Shown here: positions 61,359 through 64,000 of the stretch, piece by piece | How the letters are laid out: each line of letters starts with the position of its first letter | Numbering within the stretch: position 1 is the first letter of the stretch | Assembly (NCBI GenBank): GCA_965235115.1 | Contig: OZ249440.1 | Coordinates: 32,738,001 to 32,802,000, forward strand | Direction of reading: 5' to 3' | Origin: Laetmonice hystrix | Lineage: Eukaryota | Length of the DNA stretch: 64,000 nucleotides | Translations under genes and position numbers: made by a program | Notes under the pieces: generated by a model | The model's input: only the letters and a program-made list of their open reading frames with translations | Database searches by the model: none | Told to the model about the DNA's origin: nothing

Positions 61359-64000
61359 ATGGGGAAATATTCTGTCATTATCGCGTAAATGGGACAAATA
61401 TTATAGGCCTATACAATGTAATAGGCCTAGATCGATATTTATGCACGCCTTCAGCGCTTCTAAAGTGGGGCTTTGTCCGCCACATCGTCGACCGCCCCCC
61501 CCCCCCCCCCCCAGTGAGAAATCCTGATGTGTGACCACTGGGTCAGTAAAATATGTCCTTCCTAAGTCCCGGTTGCGACAAACAAAATGGACGAAAATGA
61601 ACTTAAAATGTATAACTTCTTCATATACGATTATGGGCCTTATATGCATATCTGGAATCGAACCTATAGATCTAGACTCTATAGCAGACAACAAAAAACT
61701 GGGGTTTAAAACACACTTATCGGCCCTATTACAAACTTCTTAAACTGACATATTATGAGCTTTGTAGCAATAAAACCAAAAATGAACTCAAAGCTCTATT
61801 CACATAGGCCCTTATTAACATATACCATTCACAATTACATTTCTAACTTGCAAGCCAAGGAAAGGCAACAATGATACCCCTACCCTATTCTGGGTGAGTG
61901 TGTCTTCCCTTGTTGGTGTCAAGCGGAACGTCTGGCATAGTCGCCGCGGTCGCGAGCATCACTTTCGGCTAACGCGGGAAGTGAGTTATGGCTCGCATGC
62001 GCGTCCTTTGAACTTAGTGCTGTCTAGACACAACCGGCCCTTCTGGACTGGCCGGCCCTTTCAGACTGTGACACCGGGCCAACCCAGCCCCAGGTCCCGC
62101 TTACGACCCTGACGCCCGACCCTTCAAGCGGGTGGCGGGACGTCCCGCCCGGCCCGCTCCTCCGCTCCCTAGACTCAGAGATGCTGACCTGAACATGAAG
62201 GAACTCTCGTAGCTTCAGCTTCAACTTCTTTTCCTCTCCGGCACTTGTATGAATGAGTTGAAGCCTTCCTCTCTCGCCGCACACAAAACACTCAGCGACA
62301 TTCCCTTTGACTGGGGTATCAACATGTTCGTGGCGGGCCGCCATCGCCATAGTTTTCGGAAGTCAAACGTGACATGCACAGAGACCTCTTCCGTCGGGAA
62401 TTCCGTACAAAATGGCGTCCAAAATGGTGCTACATTACAGTCCCACTCTGCACATAGCGAGTGGACTGTTTCCGGTCTACACAATGGACACTCTTTACGA
62501 TCCTTTGTCGTTCACTAGTTTCGCGAATGATCAACAAGTCCTTCCCACCTGTAATGTAAAACCAAACATTCATTATCAATCAGAAACTGTCATTAAGTCT
62601 TGTATTTGTCAAAAGAAATAGACACCTGGATATATTTAATTTAACTTTTAAAAATTTCCCCCTGGATTTACGAGATTTCTAATGAGCCATACACATATAT
62701 AATCATATGTATGTATACACATAGCCCCATCCACACATACCCACAGTAACATATAAATATGCATCCATTCATGCATACAGACATTACACATATTTTTACT
62801 CGATGGTCATTTGGTCATTGTTATGAGTAAATCTGTGAAAATCGGCTGAAAACAATAATGAATAATAATGGGGGTGGGGGGTGGGGGGTGGGGACGTGGG
62901 CGACATTTTTACATCTTGTCACAGTTACTACATCGGTGGACCTCATTGTTCGGCATCTAACAGTCAACACAAGGTTAAATTGTGGCCGCACGCGGCACTG
63001 TCCCGTTATGACAGGTGTTGACCGCGACTTGCTGGCGACCGGGTGTCACGGTCCCGGGGTTCCTGTCAGTCCGAAAGTTCCTATATCCAATCAATGTCTA
63101 TGTGACTATACTATAATCCAATACACCAGGAGGGTAGGGGCCGCTGCAATCGGAGGTTCAACCTGCAGCAAGTTCATGACTTCCCCCAGTGTGGCTCTCT
63201 GGACGAGTAGTGCTAAGCGCTGAACACTTTTAAGCACCACAATATCTTTAGCGCCGTTGTATATGTTTCTGTGTTCTCCCCGACCTTGTACTGTTGGTGC
63301 TCCTCGGTGGAATCCCGGTACAATACAGATTAACGTCTATCTGACGTTAAAATGATTCCATAACCTGACGTCAAACTAAGGTCAAGCTGTGGTCAGTGGT
63401 GAACATCAGTATGGCGACATATGACTAATGTACGACGCCGATGTCAAAAGTCTGATATGCCCTTTCTGCTTCGGACGTTGTAGTGTCTTGTAGGCTCCAG
63501 TCAGAGATCTTCCGCAACACTGCATAGACAACTTCCTTTGGAGAGGAACCTTTACGTGGTGCCCTTCCTAGCGTTTCATCCTGTGAACATAACCATTGGG
63601 AAAATCCTATGAATAGCTGGTTAGATTATTATGTTCGTTTTTCTTTCCAAAAAGCATGGAACGTTCCTAAAAAATTGTTTCTAAAAATTTCATTTACGTC
63701 ATAAATATCTGATATTTGATTGGAAACAGTTTTAGAACACTTTAATATAAAAGCGTTTAATTCTTGACACATCAATTAAGAAGTTGCAAGGAACTCTCTG
63801 TTTCCAGGAGTTGACTGAATATTGCTAACCATTTTATCAAGCTCTTCTTGGTTTGAAAGACGTCCTGGAGATGAGATCCATCGGCCTGGAGAGGTTGGCA
63901 TCTTTGGGCCTCTATTGATGACTCAACGTCTTCTGTTTTATTTGGGCCACCTTGGCATTGGCATATGAAAAATGAATAAACAGACAAACATTTTTAACAA

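Larger units (their letters stand above)
43383..64000. repeat. Tandem segmental amplification, 6.6-7.0 kb unit: 43383-56481 (with insertion), 56482-63092, 63093 to window end
   Basis: Identical ORF translations at offsets of 13099, 7010 and 6611 bp; only scattered SNPs between copies. Confidence 0.95.

Overview
Animal (probably invertebrate) genomic DNA made almost entirely of nested, mostly decayed transposable elements; I can support no intact host gene. In order: a Gypsy RT fragment, a hAT transposase pseudogene, a LINE RT fragment, and a 73-bp satellite split by a full-length Gypsy element (3940-13076). That element's integrase is split by a 4.2-kb fold-back Academ-like element. Next come a solo LTR, a Ginger-type integrase+OTU element riddled with MITEs, a non-autonomous Academ element, and the convergent RecQ-like helicase and transposase genes of an AcademH-type element (about 23.4-30.2 kb). 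A second Gypsy element (30612-38714) lacks RNase H but carries an extra zinc-finger/coiled-coil ORF after pol. From 43.4 kb to the end there is a near-identical 6.6-7.0 kb tandem amplification. Its first copy carries a 6085-bp ORF-less element with split direct repeats (A1..B1A2..B2, as in Ngaro/PAT tyrosine-recombinase retroelements). The next copy preserves the empty site, which shares a TAAA core with the element's internal B1A2 junction. Family assignments come from motifs, termini and target-site duplications read by eye; no searches were run.
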